Notes: a model not told the origin generated them from the letters alone. Positions 52,980 through 61,954 are shown, counted from the stretch's first letter. The stretch is 63,053 nucleotides of DNA from Bacilli bacterium (GCA_045598145.1 JAZLLM010000031.1:1-63053); one strand, 5' to 3'. Made by a program: numbers and translations.

Positions 52980-53723
52980 ATGGTAGATAACAAAAAATTA
53001 GTTGAACTAATGGATATTATTAATTCATCAAATAATATTGTATTTTTTGGTGGAGCTGGTGTATCAACATCATCTAACATTCCAGATTTTAGAGGCTCAA
53101 ATGGGTTATATAAATATACTCCTGAAGAGATAATTAGTCATTCATTTTTTGTAAGTCATACAAAAGAATTTTATGAATTCTATTTTTCTAAAATGGTATA
53201 TCTAAATGCTCTTCCAAATGAATGTCATAAGTTTTTAGCGTCATTAGAAGAAAAAGGAAAATTGAAAGCAGTAGTTACACAAAATATTGACGACTTACAC
53301 CAAAAAGCAGGAAGTAAAAAGGTGTATGAACTTCATGGGTCTGTAGTTAGAAATTATTGCATGAAGTGTCATAAATATCATGATATTAATAGTGATGCAT
53401 TTAAAAAGATTAATTATAAAGGTATACCTATTTGTGAATGCGGCGGAATAATTAAACCTGATGTTGTTTTATACGAAGAGCCACTAAATGAAGATATTAT
53501 ATATGGTGCAATTAATGCAATAAGTAAGTGCGATACATTAATAGTAGCTGGTACTAGCTTAGTAGTATATCCAGCAGCTTCATTTATAAGATATTTTAAT
53601 GGTAAGCATTTGATAGTATTAAATTTAGGAATCCCTGAAAATATTACTTATGCTGATTTAATTATTGATGGTAAATGTGAAGAATACTTAAATATGGATA
53701 ATTTTAATAAATATATAAAATAA
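52980..53723 (+). CDS. cobB: NAD-dependent protein deacylase (Sir2 family)
   Basis: GAGVSTSSNIPDFR, TQNIDDLH, ELHGS, Zn-binding Cys pairs, GTSLVVYPAA. Confidence 0.93.
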   Translation: MVDNKKLVELMDIINSSNNIVFFGGAGVSTSSNIPDFRGSNGLYKYTPEEIISHSFFVSHTKEFYEFYFSKMVYLNALPNECHKFLASLEEKGKLKAVVTQNIDDLHQKAGSKKVYELHGSVVRNYCMKCHKYHDINSDAFKKINYKGIPICECGGIIKPDVVLYEEPLNEDIIYGAINAISKCDTLIVAGTSLVVYPAASFIRYFNGKHLIVLNLGIPENITYADLIIDGKCEEYLNMDNFNKYIK

Positions 53724-53736
53724 AGAGAATAAACAA

Positions 53737-54906
53737 ATGAAATATAATTTTGACCAAGAAACTAACAGATATAATACAAGCTCATATAAATATGATTCTA
53801 TAATTGATAAAGATATCCTACCAATGTGGATAGCTGATATGGATGTTGTAGGATTAAAAGAAATAAAAGATGCTATTCTTAAAGCAAGTGAGAATAGTAT
53901 ATTAGGCTATACTTATCCTAGTGATGAATATTATAATTATTTAATTTCTTGGTATAAGAATCATTTTGATTTTTCTTTTAGTAAAGATGATGTTGTGATG
54001 AGTCCAGGAATAGTATATGGTTTAGGTGTTGCAATCCAAGCTTTAACTAATAAGAATGATTATATAATGATTAATGAACCAGTATACCATCCATTCAAAG
54101 AAATGATTGAAGTAAATGAAAGAATTAAAATTAGTTCAGATTTAGTATTAAAAGATGAAAGATATGAACTTGATTTTAATGATATTGAAAAAAAGATTAA
54201 AGAATATAATGTAAAGATGTATGTGTTGTGTTCGCCTCATAATCCTGTAGGTAGAGTTTGGACAAAAGAAGAATTATTAAAAATCGGAGAGATATGTGAA
54301 AGAAATAATGTATATGTATTCGCTGATGAGATTCATTCTGATTTTGTATATAGCACATATAAACATTATACTTTTACAAATATAAAGGATACTTTTAAGA
54401 ATTTTACTATTACTGCACTTGCGCCATCTAAAACATTTAATATAGCTGGTTTACAACTTAGTAATATAATTATATTTAATAAAGAAATTAAAGAAAAATA
54501 TAAACATATATTTGATTGTGTTGCTTATCATGAATGTAATTCTTTATCTATTTTCTCAACAATTGCTTGCTATAAATATGGCGAAGAATGGTTAAATGAA
54601 TTTAGATTGTATTTAGAAAATAACCTAAATTATTTAATAAAAGAACTTAATGGTATAAAGGGTGTAAAAGTGATTAAACCTGAAGGCACATATTTAGTTT
54701 GGTTAGATTTTAGAGAATTAGGATTAAAAGATAAATTAAATGACTTTGTTTTAAATGAATGCAAATTATATTTAAATGATGGAAATATGTTTGGTGAAAG
54801 TGGTAGTGGATTTATGCGAATGAATATTGCTTGCCAGAAAAATAAGATAATAGATGCGGTAGATAGAATTAAAAAAGCATTGTGTAAATATTATGGAAAA
54901 AGATGA
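53737..54906 (+). CDS. patB: MalY/PatB-family PLP-dependent C-S lyase
   Basis: PMWIADMD, LCSPHNPVGRVW, DEIHSD, APSKTFNIAGL. Confidence 0.9.
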   Translation: MKYNFDQETNRYNTSSYKYDSIIDKDILPMWIADMDVVGLKEIKDAILKASENSILGYTYPSDEYYNYLISWYKNHFDFSFSKDDVVMSPGIVYGLGVAIQALTNKNDYIMINEPVYHPFKEMIEVNERIKISSDLVLKDERYELDFNDIEKKIKEYNVKMYVLCSPHNPVGRVWTKEELLKIGEICERNNVYVFADEIHSDFVYSTYKHYTFTNIKDTFKNFTITALAPSKTFNIAGLQLSNIIIFNKEIKEKYKHIFDCVAYHECNSLSIFSTIACYKYGEEWLNEFRLYLENNLNYLIKELNGIKGVKVIKPEGTYLVWLDFRELGLKDKLNDFVLNECKLYLNDGNMFGESGSGFMRMNIACQKNKIIDAVDRIKKALCKYYGKR

Positions 54907-55750
54907 AAGATTAAAACAAATAGAAAGAAGTATTATAAAAAAATTCAGGTCAAATATTTGGGCAAGATTTGTGCAAGCAGTAGATGACTATAAACTAATT
55001 AGTGAAGGTGATAAAATAGCTTGCTGCATTAGTGGTGGTAAAGATTCTATGCTGTTAGCTAAATTAATGCAAGAATTACAAAAGCATTGGCTAGTAAAAT
55101 TTGAATGCATTTTTTTAGTAATGGATCCTGGATATACCGAAGAGAATCATAACAAGATTCAAGCAAATGCAGATTTATTAGGTATTCCAATTGAATTCTT
55201 TAGTACTAATATTTTTAATGTGGTATATAAAGAGGATGACTCTCCTTGCTATTTATGTGCAAGAATGAGAAGAGGCTATTTATATAGAGAAGCCAAAAAA
55301 AGAGGCTGCAATAAGATTGCTTTAGGGCATCACTTTGATGATGTGATTGAAACTACTTTACTTGGCCTATTATATGGAAGTCAAATTCAAACCATGGTTC
55401 CTAAGATTAAAAGCACAAATGTATGTGGTATGGAATTAATAAGACCAATGTATAAAATCAAGGAAGCTGACATTATATCTTGGGCAAATTACAATGATTT
55501 ACACTTTCTAAGATGTGCTTGCAAGTTTACAGAAAAAGAAAGTTGTGATAGTGATTCTAAGAGGCTCGAAGTAAAGGAACTTATTAAAGATTTAAAAAAG
55601 AAGTACCCAATCGTTGATATGAATATCTTTAAAGCTATGGAAAATGTAAATTTAAACATGGTGTTAGGATATAAAAAGAATGATGTTAAACATACATTCT
55701 TAGATGAATACGATACATTTAATTATTGTACGGGTGAAGATAATGAATGA
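54893..55750 (+). CDS. ttcA: TtcA-family tRNA 2-thiolation protein
   Basis: PP-loop ISGGKDS, PCYLCARMRRG, IALGHHFDD, LIRPM. Confidence 0.85.
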   Translation: MEKDERLKQIERSIIKKFRSNIWARFVQAVDDYKLISEGDKIACCISGGKDSMLLAKLMQELQKHWLVKFECIFLVMDPGYTEENHNKIQANADLLGIPIEFFSTNIFNVVYKEDDSPCYLCARMRRGYLYREAKKRGCNKIALGHHFDDVIETTLLGLLYGSQIQTMVPKIKSTNVCGMELIRPMYKIKEADIISWANYNDLHFLRCACKFTEKESCDSDSKRLEVKELIKDLKKKYPIVDMNIFKAMENVNLNMVLGYKKNDVKHTFLDEYDTFNYCTGEDNE

Positions 55751-56423
55751 AGGATTTAATAGAACAATCAATCTAATAGGTATAAATAATTTTAATAAAT
55801 TGCAAAACTCAAAAGTTATAATTTTTGGTTTGGGCGGTGTTGGAGGATATGTAGTAGAAGCTCTAGCTAGAAGTGGAGTAGGAAATATTGATTTAGTAGA
55901 TAATGACAAAATAGATATTACAAACATCAATAGACAGCTAATTGCTACTAATAAAACTGTTGGTAGATTAAAAACAGATTGCTTTTTAGAAAGAATAAAA
56001 GATATCAATCCTAATTGTAATGTAATTAAATATGATATGTTCTTTTTACCTGAAAATTCATATCTGATTGATTTTAGTAAATATGATTATGTAATTGATT
56101 GTGTTGATACAGTAAGTGCAAAATTAGAAATCATCTCTAAAGCTAAAGAAGTAAATACAAGAATAATTTCATCTATGGGTACCGCAAATAAAATAGATCC
56201 AACAAAATTTGAGATAAAAGATATTAACCAAACCTCAATTTGTCCTCTAGCAAGAGTTATGCGCTACGAACTAAAAAAACGAAGCATAAGTGATGTTAAG
56301 GTTTTATATTCAAAAGAAGAGACAGTTAAAAAAGAAGAAGGTGTAAAAGCATCAATTGCTTTTGTGCCATCAGTTGCTGGATTGTTAATTGCATCATATG
56401 TAATAAAAGATTTGATAAAATAA
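55743..56423 (+). CDS. tcdA: tRNA threonylcarbamoyladenosine dehydratase (ThiF family)
   Basis: GLGGVGGY, TNINRQ, ISSMGTANKIDP, CPLARVMR, SIAFVPSVAG. Start at ATG 55743. Confidence 0.9.
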   Translation: MNEGFNRTINLIGINNFNKLQNSKVIIFGLGGVGGYVVEALARSGVGNIDLVDNDKIDITNINRQLIATNKTVGRLKTDCFLERIKDINPNCNVIKYDMFFLPENSYLIDFSKYDYVIDCVDTVSAKLEIISKAKEVNTRIISSMGTANKIDPTKFEIKDINQTSICPLARVMRYELKKRSISDVKVLYSKEETVKKEEGVKASIAFVPSVAGLLIASYVIKDLIK

Positions 56424-56436
56424 AAAACATTTTTAT

Positions 56437-56480
56437 AAAAAAGGCTAATTTTTCTAGTGTGAGAAGTTGGCCTTTTTATT
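56437..56480 (+). terminator. terminator after tcdA
   Basis: AAAAAGGCTAATTTTTC...GAGAAGTTGGCCTTTTT. Confidence 0.7.
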
Positions 56481-56486
56481 ATTTGT

Positions 56487-56515
56487 TTGAAAAAGATTGA
56501 TAAAATAACTATACT
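56487..56515 (+). promoter_or_regulatory. sigma-A promoter of the small collagen lipoprotein gene
   Basis: TTGAAA-17 nt-TATACT. Confidence 0.55.
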
Positions 56516-56581
56516 AAAATTAATAGATAGGTTGTCTTGAAATTTTCTATTAGGGAACAATTTTTAATAAAGGAGGAATGA

Positions 56582-56896
56582 ATGAAAAAAATAATAATAA
56601 TTCCTTTATTACTTATTTTCTTTTTATCATCATGTGCTGGGGCGCAAGGCATAAAAGGAGAAACTGGTGATAAAGGTGAAAAGGGTGATACTGGCCCTAA
56701 AGGAGACATTGGTAAAGCTGGCATTGATGGTGAAAAAGGTGCTGATGGTGAAAATGGACTTTCAGGCAAAGAAATAGTGTTTATTTTTAGTAGTAAAGGC
56801 ATTGAATATTCTTATGAAAATAGTGATGAATTTACGCTGCTATTAAGTTATGAGGAAATATTTACTGAAATGGATAAAAAAAATAAATTACAATAG
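56582..56896 (+). CDS. small collagen-repeat lipoprotein (15 Gly-X-Y)
   Basis: AAGGAGG RBS, lipobox LSSC, GAQ GIK GET...GKE. Confidence 0.85.
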   Translation: MKKIIIIPLLLIFFLSSCAGAQGIKGETGDKGEKGDTGPKGDIGKAGIDGEKGADGENGLSGKEIVFIFSSKGIEYSYENSDEFTLLLSYEEIFTEMDKKNKLQ

Positions 56897-56902
56897 TTTA
56901 TA

Positions 56903-56937
56903 TACGAATTATTTTGTATGAAATAATTCGTTTTTTT
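56903..56937 (+). terminator. terminator after small collagen lipoprotein gene
   Basis: ACGAATTATTTT-gtat-GAAATAATTCGT followed by a T run. Confidence 0.7.
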
Positions 56938-56960
56938 GTGTTTTTTTTGAATGGAAAGCG

Positions 56961-56989
56961 TTGACATATAACAGTCAGTTTGGTATACT
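56961..56989 (+). promoter_or_regulatory. strong sigma-A promoter of the two large collagen lipoprotein genes
   Basis: TTGACA-17 nt-TATACT with extended TG. Confidence 0.75.
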
Positions 56990-57071
56990 ATATCTAGATA
57001 GAAATTCAAGACACTATCGAAAATAATTAAATAAAGATACTATTAGAAAAAAACGAGGAGGTTTTTACTTA

Positions 57072-59264
57072 ATGAAAAAGAGAAGTTTTATCTTGGTAGT
57101 ACTTTTAGCTTTAGTATGTGTTTGCTTTTTAGCTGCATGTGCTGGAGAACAAGGTATTCAAGGAGATAAAGGTCCTGTTGGTGAAACTGGTGATCAAGGT
57201 CCTAAAGGTGAAACTGGTGCTGCTGGTAAAAAAGGTGAAACTGGTGAAACTGGTGCTGCTGGACAAGATGCTAAGGAAATCGAAATGGGCACTATTGGTA
57301 GTGGTATCGTTTACAGATATGTTGGAGAAGATGATGAAAGTTGGAAGCCTGTAATTGATTTTGATGATCTTTTCGCTTATCGTGAAACTTATACTATTAC
57401 ATTAGATGCTGCTGGTGGAACACTAACAGATGGCTCTGTTTATAGTGATTTAATTTATAAAGAAGATAAAGATATTGAAACACCTGTATATGGTGAATAT
57501 ATTTTCGCTGGTTGGTATTATGAAGATGGTTCATTAGTTACTGATAACTTCATTGAAGGAATCGTAAGAAACTACGAATTAACTGCTAAATGGTTATCTA
57601 ACGTTGTTTTAGAAGGAACTGATGGAGCTGAAGGTCAACCAAGAGTTGAAATCTATGACGAAACTGGTGCTGAATTACCATACGCTGATGTTGTTGCTAA
57701 TGTAAAGAAGGCATTCTTTGCTGATTATGCAAAAGCTGCTGGATATGATTCAATCAAAGTTGCTGCTGATCCTATCGCTTTAACTGTTAATTGTTATGGT
57801 GTTGGTTCATCTGAAACTACTCCTAATACAAGCTATTGGAATGCTGAAGCTGAAGCTGCTACTTTATACTTATGTGATAAAGCTACTATGGATGCTGGAG
57901 ATTCTTCATACGCTTATGCTTATAGATTAGGTTTAGATGTTGAAGATGGCGCTTTAGTTGTTAAACATATTTATACTATTAATGGTACTGAAGATGCTAG
58001 AAATCAAGAATATGCTTACACATTATTCTGCCATGAGTCTTATGCAAATATTGATGCATTCAAAAAGTTAAAAGAAGGCGATAAGCTTACTTATACTGCT
58101 GATTTAGCTGCATTAGAAGCTGGTGTTGTTGAAGTTGCATTATCATGCGCTCAAACTAGTGAAGTTAAGTTAGTTGATTTAACTGGCGATGCATTATACA
58201 AAGAATTATTAAAAGGTATTGGTGAACCTAAATATAATAATAAAGCTGATTATCCATGCTTAGGTTTATTCTATGATATCGATTCTAACTTCCATATCAC
58301 AACTACTAAGTTTGCTGATGAATGGGTATGGTTCATTAATTGGTTATGTAATAGATCTGCATCTGTTTACTATTCAGGTGGAGAAGAAGTTTATGTAGCT
58401 GGTAAGACTACTGACAGAAGCGTTATGATCGCTCAAGTAATTAGTGAACATGAAACTACAAGTTCTTACTTATCAGAATTAGATGATTCATCTAACTATC
58501 CTGGTAGAATCTTAGCTCAAAACTTCACTAACTTCTTTGATATGGGTTGTGAATGCTACTTCGGTGGATCAATTGATAAAGTTATTTCATTCGATGTAAC
58601 TAAAGATAAGATTTATGATAGTTCATTAGCTGAAACTGGTGAAGAATATGATTGCTTCGGCGCTTGGGGAGAATTACCAAGTATTCATGATTTAATGAAG
58701 ACTGAAATTCTTGAATTAGTTGAATTAGAAGCTGGTCAAGAATATAAATTAGTTCCATTAAAGAAAGATGGCGCTGAATTCTTAGGTTGGTTTGCTCCAT
58801 TATCTGATGAAGAAAAAGCTGCTAATGTTAAAGCTGAATTAGCTACATTAGGTGCTGATTTCATCGCTGATTTCAATAAAGCAAATGGTACATCATTAAC
58901 TATTGATTTATTAGATACAGCTAATATGGATTCTAGTCAAATCGTAACTATGTTTGCTGGTGAAGGCATTCAAGCTAAATGGCAATGGTTATTAGATGGT
59001 ATCGTTGCTGCTTCTGGAGAAGCTGCTGATGCTGTAGATCCTGATGAAGGCGTTAATGAAGCTAACAAATCATTCTGGATTCCTGCATTCAATGGATTCT
59101 TTACTCAAACTCAACATGAAGATGCTAACTTCAAGACTGTAAGTGCTGATTTTGCTGATGCTGCTGTATTTGCAAAAGCTTGCTCTGCTGCTGCAGGTGA
59201 AGTAGAAGTTGAAATCGTTAAATTTGAAGATAACGGTAAGACTATCGTAGCTAAATGGAAATAA
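57072..59264 (+). CDS. collagen-repeat (14 Gly-X-Y) surface lipoprotein with InlB-B/Flg_new-type repeats
   Basis: GAGGAGG RBS, lipobox LAAC, collagen stretch at 57144-57269, YIFAGWY...LTAKW repeat. Confidence 0.88.
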   Translation: MKKRSFILVVLLALVCVCFLAACAGEQGIQGDKGPVGETGDQGPKGETGAAGKKGETGETGAAGQDAKEIEMGTIGSGIVYRYVGEDDESWKPVIDFDDLFAYRETYTITLDAAGGTLTDGSVYSDLIYKEDKDIETPVYGEYIFAGWYYEDGSLVTDNFIEGIVRNYELTAKWLSNVVLEGTDGAEGQPRVEIYDETGAELPYADVVANVKKAFFADYAKAAGYDSIKVAADPIALTVNCYGVGSSETTPNTSYWNAEAEAATLYLCDKATMDAGDSSYAYAYRLGLDVEDGALVVKHIYTINGTEDARNQEYAYTLFCHESYANIDAFKKLKEGDKLTYTADLAALEAGVVEVALSCAQTSEVKLVDLTGDALYKELLKGIGEPKYNNKADYPCLGLFYDIDSNFHITTTKFADEWVWFINWLCNRSASVYYSGGEEVYVAGKTTDRSVMIAQVISEHETTSSYLSELDDSSNYPGRILAQNFTNFFDMGCECYFGGSIDKVISFDVTKDKIYDSSLAETGEEYDCFGAWGELPSIHDLMKTEILELVELEAGQEYKLVPLKKDGAEFLGWFAPLSDEEKAANVKAELATLGADFIADFNKANGTSLTIDLLDTANMDSSQIVTMFAGEGIQAKWQWLLDGIVAASGEAADAVDPDEGVNEANKSFWIPAFNGFFTQTQHEDANFKTVSADFADAAVFAKACSAAAGEVEVEIVKFEDNGKTIVAKWK

Positions 59265-59280
59265 GAAAGGAGATACAACA

Positions 59281-61746
59281 ATGAAAAAGAAAAGTTTATT
59301 AGTTATTTTATTATTATTAGTTTGTACTTTCTTATTGGCTGCTTGTGGTGAACAAGGAATCCAAGGTATTAAAGGTGAACAAGGAGATAAAGGTGCTACT
59401 GGTGAACAAGGACCTAAAGGTGACCAAGGTGAAGATGGACCTAAAGGTGACGCAGGTGCTAAAGGTGAAGACGGTAAAGATGCAACTGCTCCTGAAATGA
59501 TCGTTGATGCTGAAGGTATTAAATGGAGAAGAACTGGTGATACAGAATGGCAAATTCTTATCACTATGGAAGATTTATTAGGAAAATCTGAAAAATATAC
59601 AATCTCTTTCGAAGTTGGCGAAGGAAATGCTGTTGAATCATTAACTGAACAATTATGGAAAGATGAAATCGAATTACCTACAACTAAGAGAAAGAATTAT
59701 ACATTCATTGGTTGGGCTGATGCTGCTGGAAATATGATTGAAGGCAATTATGTAGTTAAGAGCAATGCTAAATTAACTGCTGTTTGGGGTTCAACTGTAT
59801 CTCTAAGAGGTGCTGATGTTATTGATTTAACTGCATTAACTGCTGGTGAAGAATTTGCATTAGAAAAATACAATGCTGGTAATGATGGAGCTACTGCTAA
59901 CATCGCTACTAAAGCTTCTGAAAGTTCTGCATGTGGTAAATATTGGTTCAGAACTTATATTAAAGCTATTACTGGTATGGAAGGATTATATAAAGTAGTT
60001 GCTGTTAGAACTAATGGCGTTAATACTTCTGATGTTCCTGTAGATGAAGATTTTGATTATGTAGTTGCTAGTTGGGGCGATTATACAGGTGCTGGAAAAG
60101 CTGCTATTGAAGCTTTATGTGATGAAGCTAATATTGGCCAAATCGTAAAGATTACTGGTTTTGATCCTACTGCTGAAGCTGGAGCACTTACTGATGTTAA
60201 GGCTCAATTATTCACTGGATTTGAAAGTAAAGCTCAAATCGTTAAAGAAGGCGAAAGCATTACATTACCTACTATGCCTGCTGATGAAGATGGAAATGTA
60301 TTCATGGGCTGGTCTGATGGCGAAAACAAATTCAACGGTGAATATACACCTACTGGAAATGTTGAATTATCACCTGTTTATGCTGGTGTTGTTGCATTAA
60401 CTGCTGATGCTATCATTAATGAATTCTTAAAAGATTTCAATGATGCTGCTGTTAAAGCTGGTGTTGTAGCTGCTCCTGTTGCTGCTGCTTCATTCTATGA
60501 CACATACAAAGAAAAATTCATGGTAATTGGTGATGATGGTAACGCTACTACTGATAGTATGGCTGCTAAATCTCCTGAATTCGTAGCTAAATATTCTTGG
60601 TTCTTTGCTTGGATCGGTGAACAATTAGCTAAAGAAGGTGAAACAAGTGGATCATCTCATAAATATGAATTCAAAGCTTTAAGTGCTTATGGAATTACTG
60701 TTCCAGATGGCGTTTCTACTCCAACTGGATCATATAAATATTGCGATAGATATCTAATTGAAACATTAGGTAACTTTGTAAGTAAAGGTAATAGTAAATT
60801 ATCTGATTCTTACCCAGCAATCGATTTCTCTGATAGTTCAAATTACAATGGTTTAGTAGATGCTGCTAATGCTGCTGGATTTGCTATCGTTGAAGAAAAA
60901 GTAACTTTAAATAAGACTGACATCATGAATGAATTCTTAAAAGATATTAATGCTGCTGCTATTAAAGCTGGTATCATTACTGAAGCTATTGAAGCTGCTG
61001 ATTTCTATGCAACATTCAGTGGAAAATTATTCAATGTAACTGCTGTTGATGATGGTGCTTATACTATTGAAGGTTTATTTGTAACTGATGCTAAATTAAA
61101 AGCTAGATATGCTTGGTTCTTAGAATGGATCGGCGCTAAGATGGGCGATAAGAAGTATGGAAATACTGCTTTAGTTGCTTTAGGTCTAAAGAGTGCTAAT
61201 GATGCTAACGTTGTAACAGCTTCATTAGATTATGCTGATAAGACTTTAACTAATAGTATTCATAACTTCTTAAATGGTGCATCTGATGTATTACATGGTG
61301 GTTCTTCAAGTGGTGCTGTTCCTGCTGATTTCTCATCTTCTACAGCTTACTCTGATTTAGCTGATGCTGCTATAGCTGCTAACTTTGCTTTAGATGATGG
61401 ATCTATTAAGATTGATATCACTTATTATGGAACTTCAGTATGGGCTGCAGATGCTGCTTTAGGTTACTCTTTATTAAAGGGTAAACAAAGAGGAGCTTAT
61501 TGGTATTCAATTTTCATTTCAAAAGATGAAACTGATGGCAAATATTATGTAGTTGAAACAGCTGTTTCTGGAGCTACTGCAGAAACTGCTGCTTGTGATT
61601 ATACAATTACTGTATATCCAGAAGATTTACAAGCTGAAGCTAGTGCTTTAGGCATTGAAAAAGATATGCAAGTTATCTTCTCAGTTGACCCTGCATCATT
61701 CCCTGCAGAAGCTGGTGCATTTAGCGTAACTGTTTCTTTCAAATAA
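59281..61746 (+). CDS. collagen-repeat (15 Gly-X-Y) surface lipoprotein with InlB-B/Flg_new-type repeats
   Basis: AAGGAG RBS, lipobox LAAC, collagen stretch at 59347-59481, YTFIGW...LTAVW and VFMGWSDG repeats. Confidence 0.88.
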   Translation: MKKKSLLVILLLLVCTFLLAACGEQGIQGIKGEQGDKGATGEQGPKGDQGEDGPKGDAGAKGEDGKDATAPEMIVDAEGIKWRRTGDTEWQILITMEDLLGKSEKYTISFEVGEGNAVESLTEQLWKDEIELPTTKRKNYTFIGWADAAGNMIEGNYVVKSNAKLTAVWGSTVSLRGADVIDLTALTAGEEFALEKYNAGNDGATANIATKASESSACGKYWFRTYIKAITGMEGLYKVVAVRTNGVNTSDVPVDEDFDYVVASWGDYTGAGKAAIEALCDEANIGQIVKITGFDPTAEAGALTDVKAQLFTGFESKAQIVKEGESITLPTMPADEDGNVFMGWSDGENKFNGEYTPTGNVELSPVYAGVVALTADAIINEFLKDFNDAAVKAGVVAAPVAAASFYDTYKEKFMVIGDDGNATTDSMAAKSPEFVAKYSWFFAWIGEQLAKEGETSGSSHKYEFKALSAYGITVPDGVSTPTGSYKYCDRYLIETLGNFVSKGNSKLSDSYPAIDFSDSSNYNGLVDAANAAGFAIVEEKVTLNKTDIMNEFLKDINAAAIKAGIITEAIEAADFYATFSGKLFNVTAVDDGAYTIEGLFVTDAKLKARYAWFLEWIGAKMGDKKYGNTALVALGLKSANDANVVTASLDYADKTLTNSIHNFLNGASDVLHGGSSSGAVPADFSSSTAYSDLADAAIAANFALDDGSIKIDITYYGTSVWAADAALGYSLLKGKQRGAYWYSIFISKDETDGKYYVVETAVSGATAETAACDYTITVYPEDLQAEASALGIEKDMQVIFSVDPASFPAEAGAFSVTVSFK

Positions 61747-61782
61747 TAATTTGAATTGAAGGGTTAAATTAAAGCCCTAGAT

Positions 61783-61832
61783 AAGCGTAATTACGAAATA
61801 GATTAATTCTATTAGTAGTTACGCTTTTTATT
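61783..61832 (+). terminator. terminator ending the collagen lipoprotein operon
   Basis: AAGCGTAATTAC...AATAGA-ttaat-TCTATT...GTAGTTACGCTT followed by a T run. Confidence 0.7.
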
Positions 61833-61954
61833 ATTGCTGAATGTATCTATAATTATGTATAATAGTGATTTTGTAATTTATATCATCTTATTTTTCTTAC
61901 TTGAATAATATAAGAAAAAAGAGTATAATTACTATATATAAATGGGGTGAATAT

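Noticed and set aside
52980-53723. Sir2 gene as part of an anti-phage system (Thoeris, DSR, Sir2-HerA)
   Set aside because: It is a short canonical Zn-binding housekeeping sirtuin with no TIR, HerA or Argonaute partner nearby.
56509-59564. Pro/Ser-rich minus-strand ORFs (56509-56802, 59070-59564, 59332-59553) and the plus-strand VKLV-repeat ORF 57139-57354
   Set aside because: They are antisense or alternate-frame shadows of the Gly-X-Y collagen codons and have no RBS.
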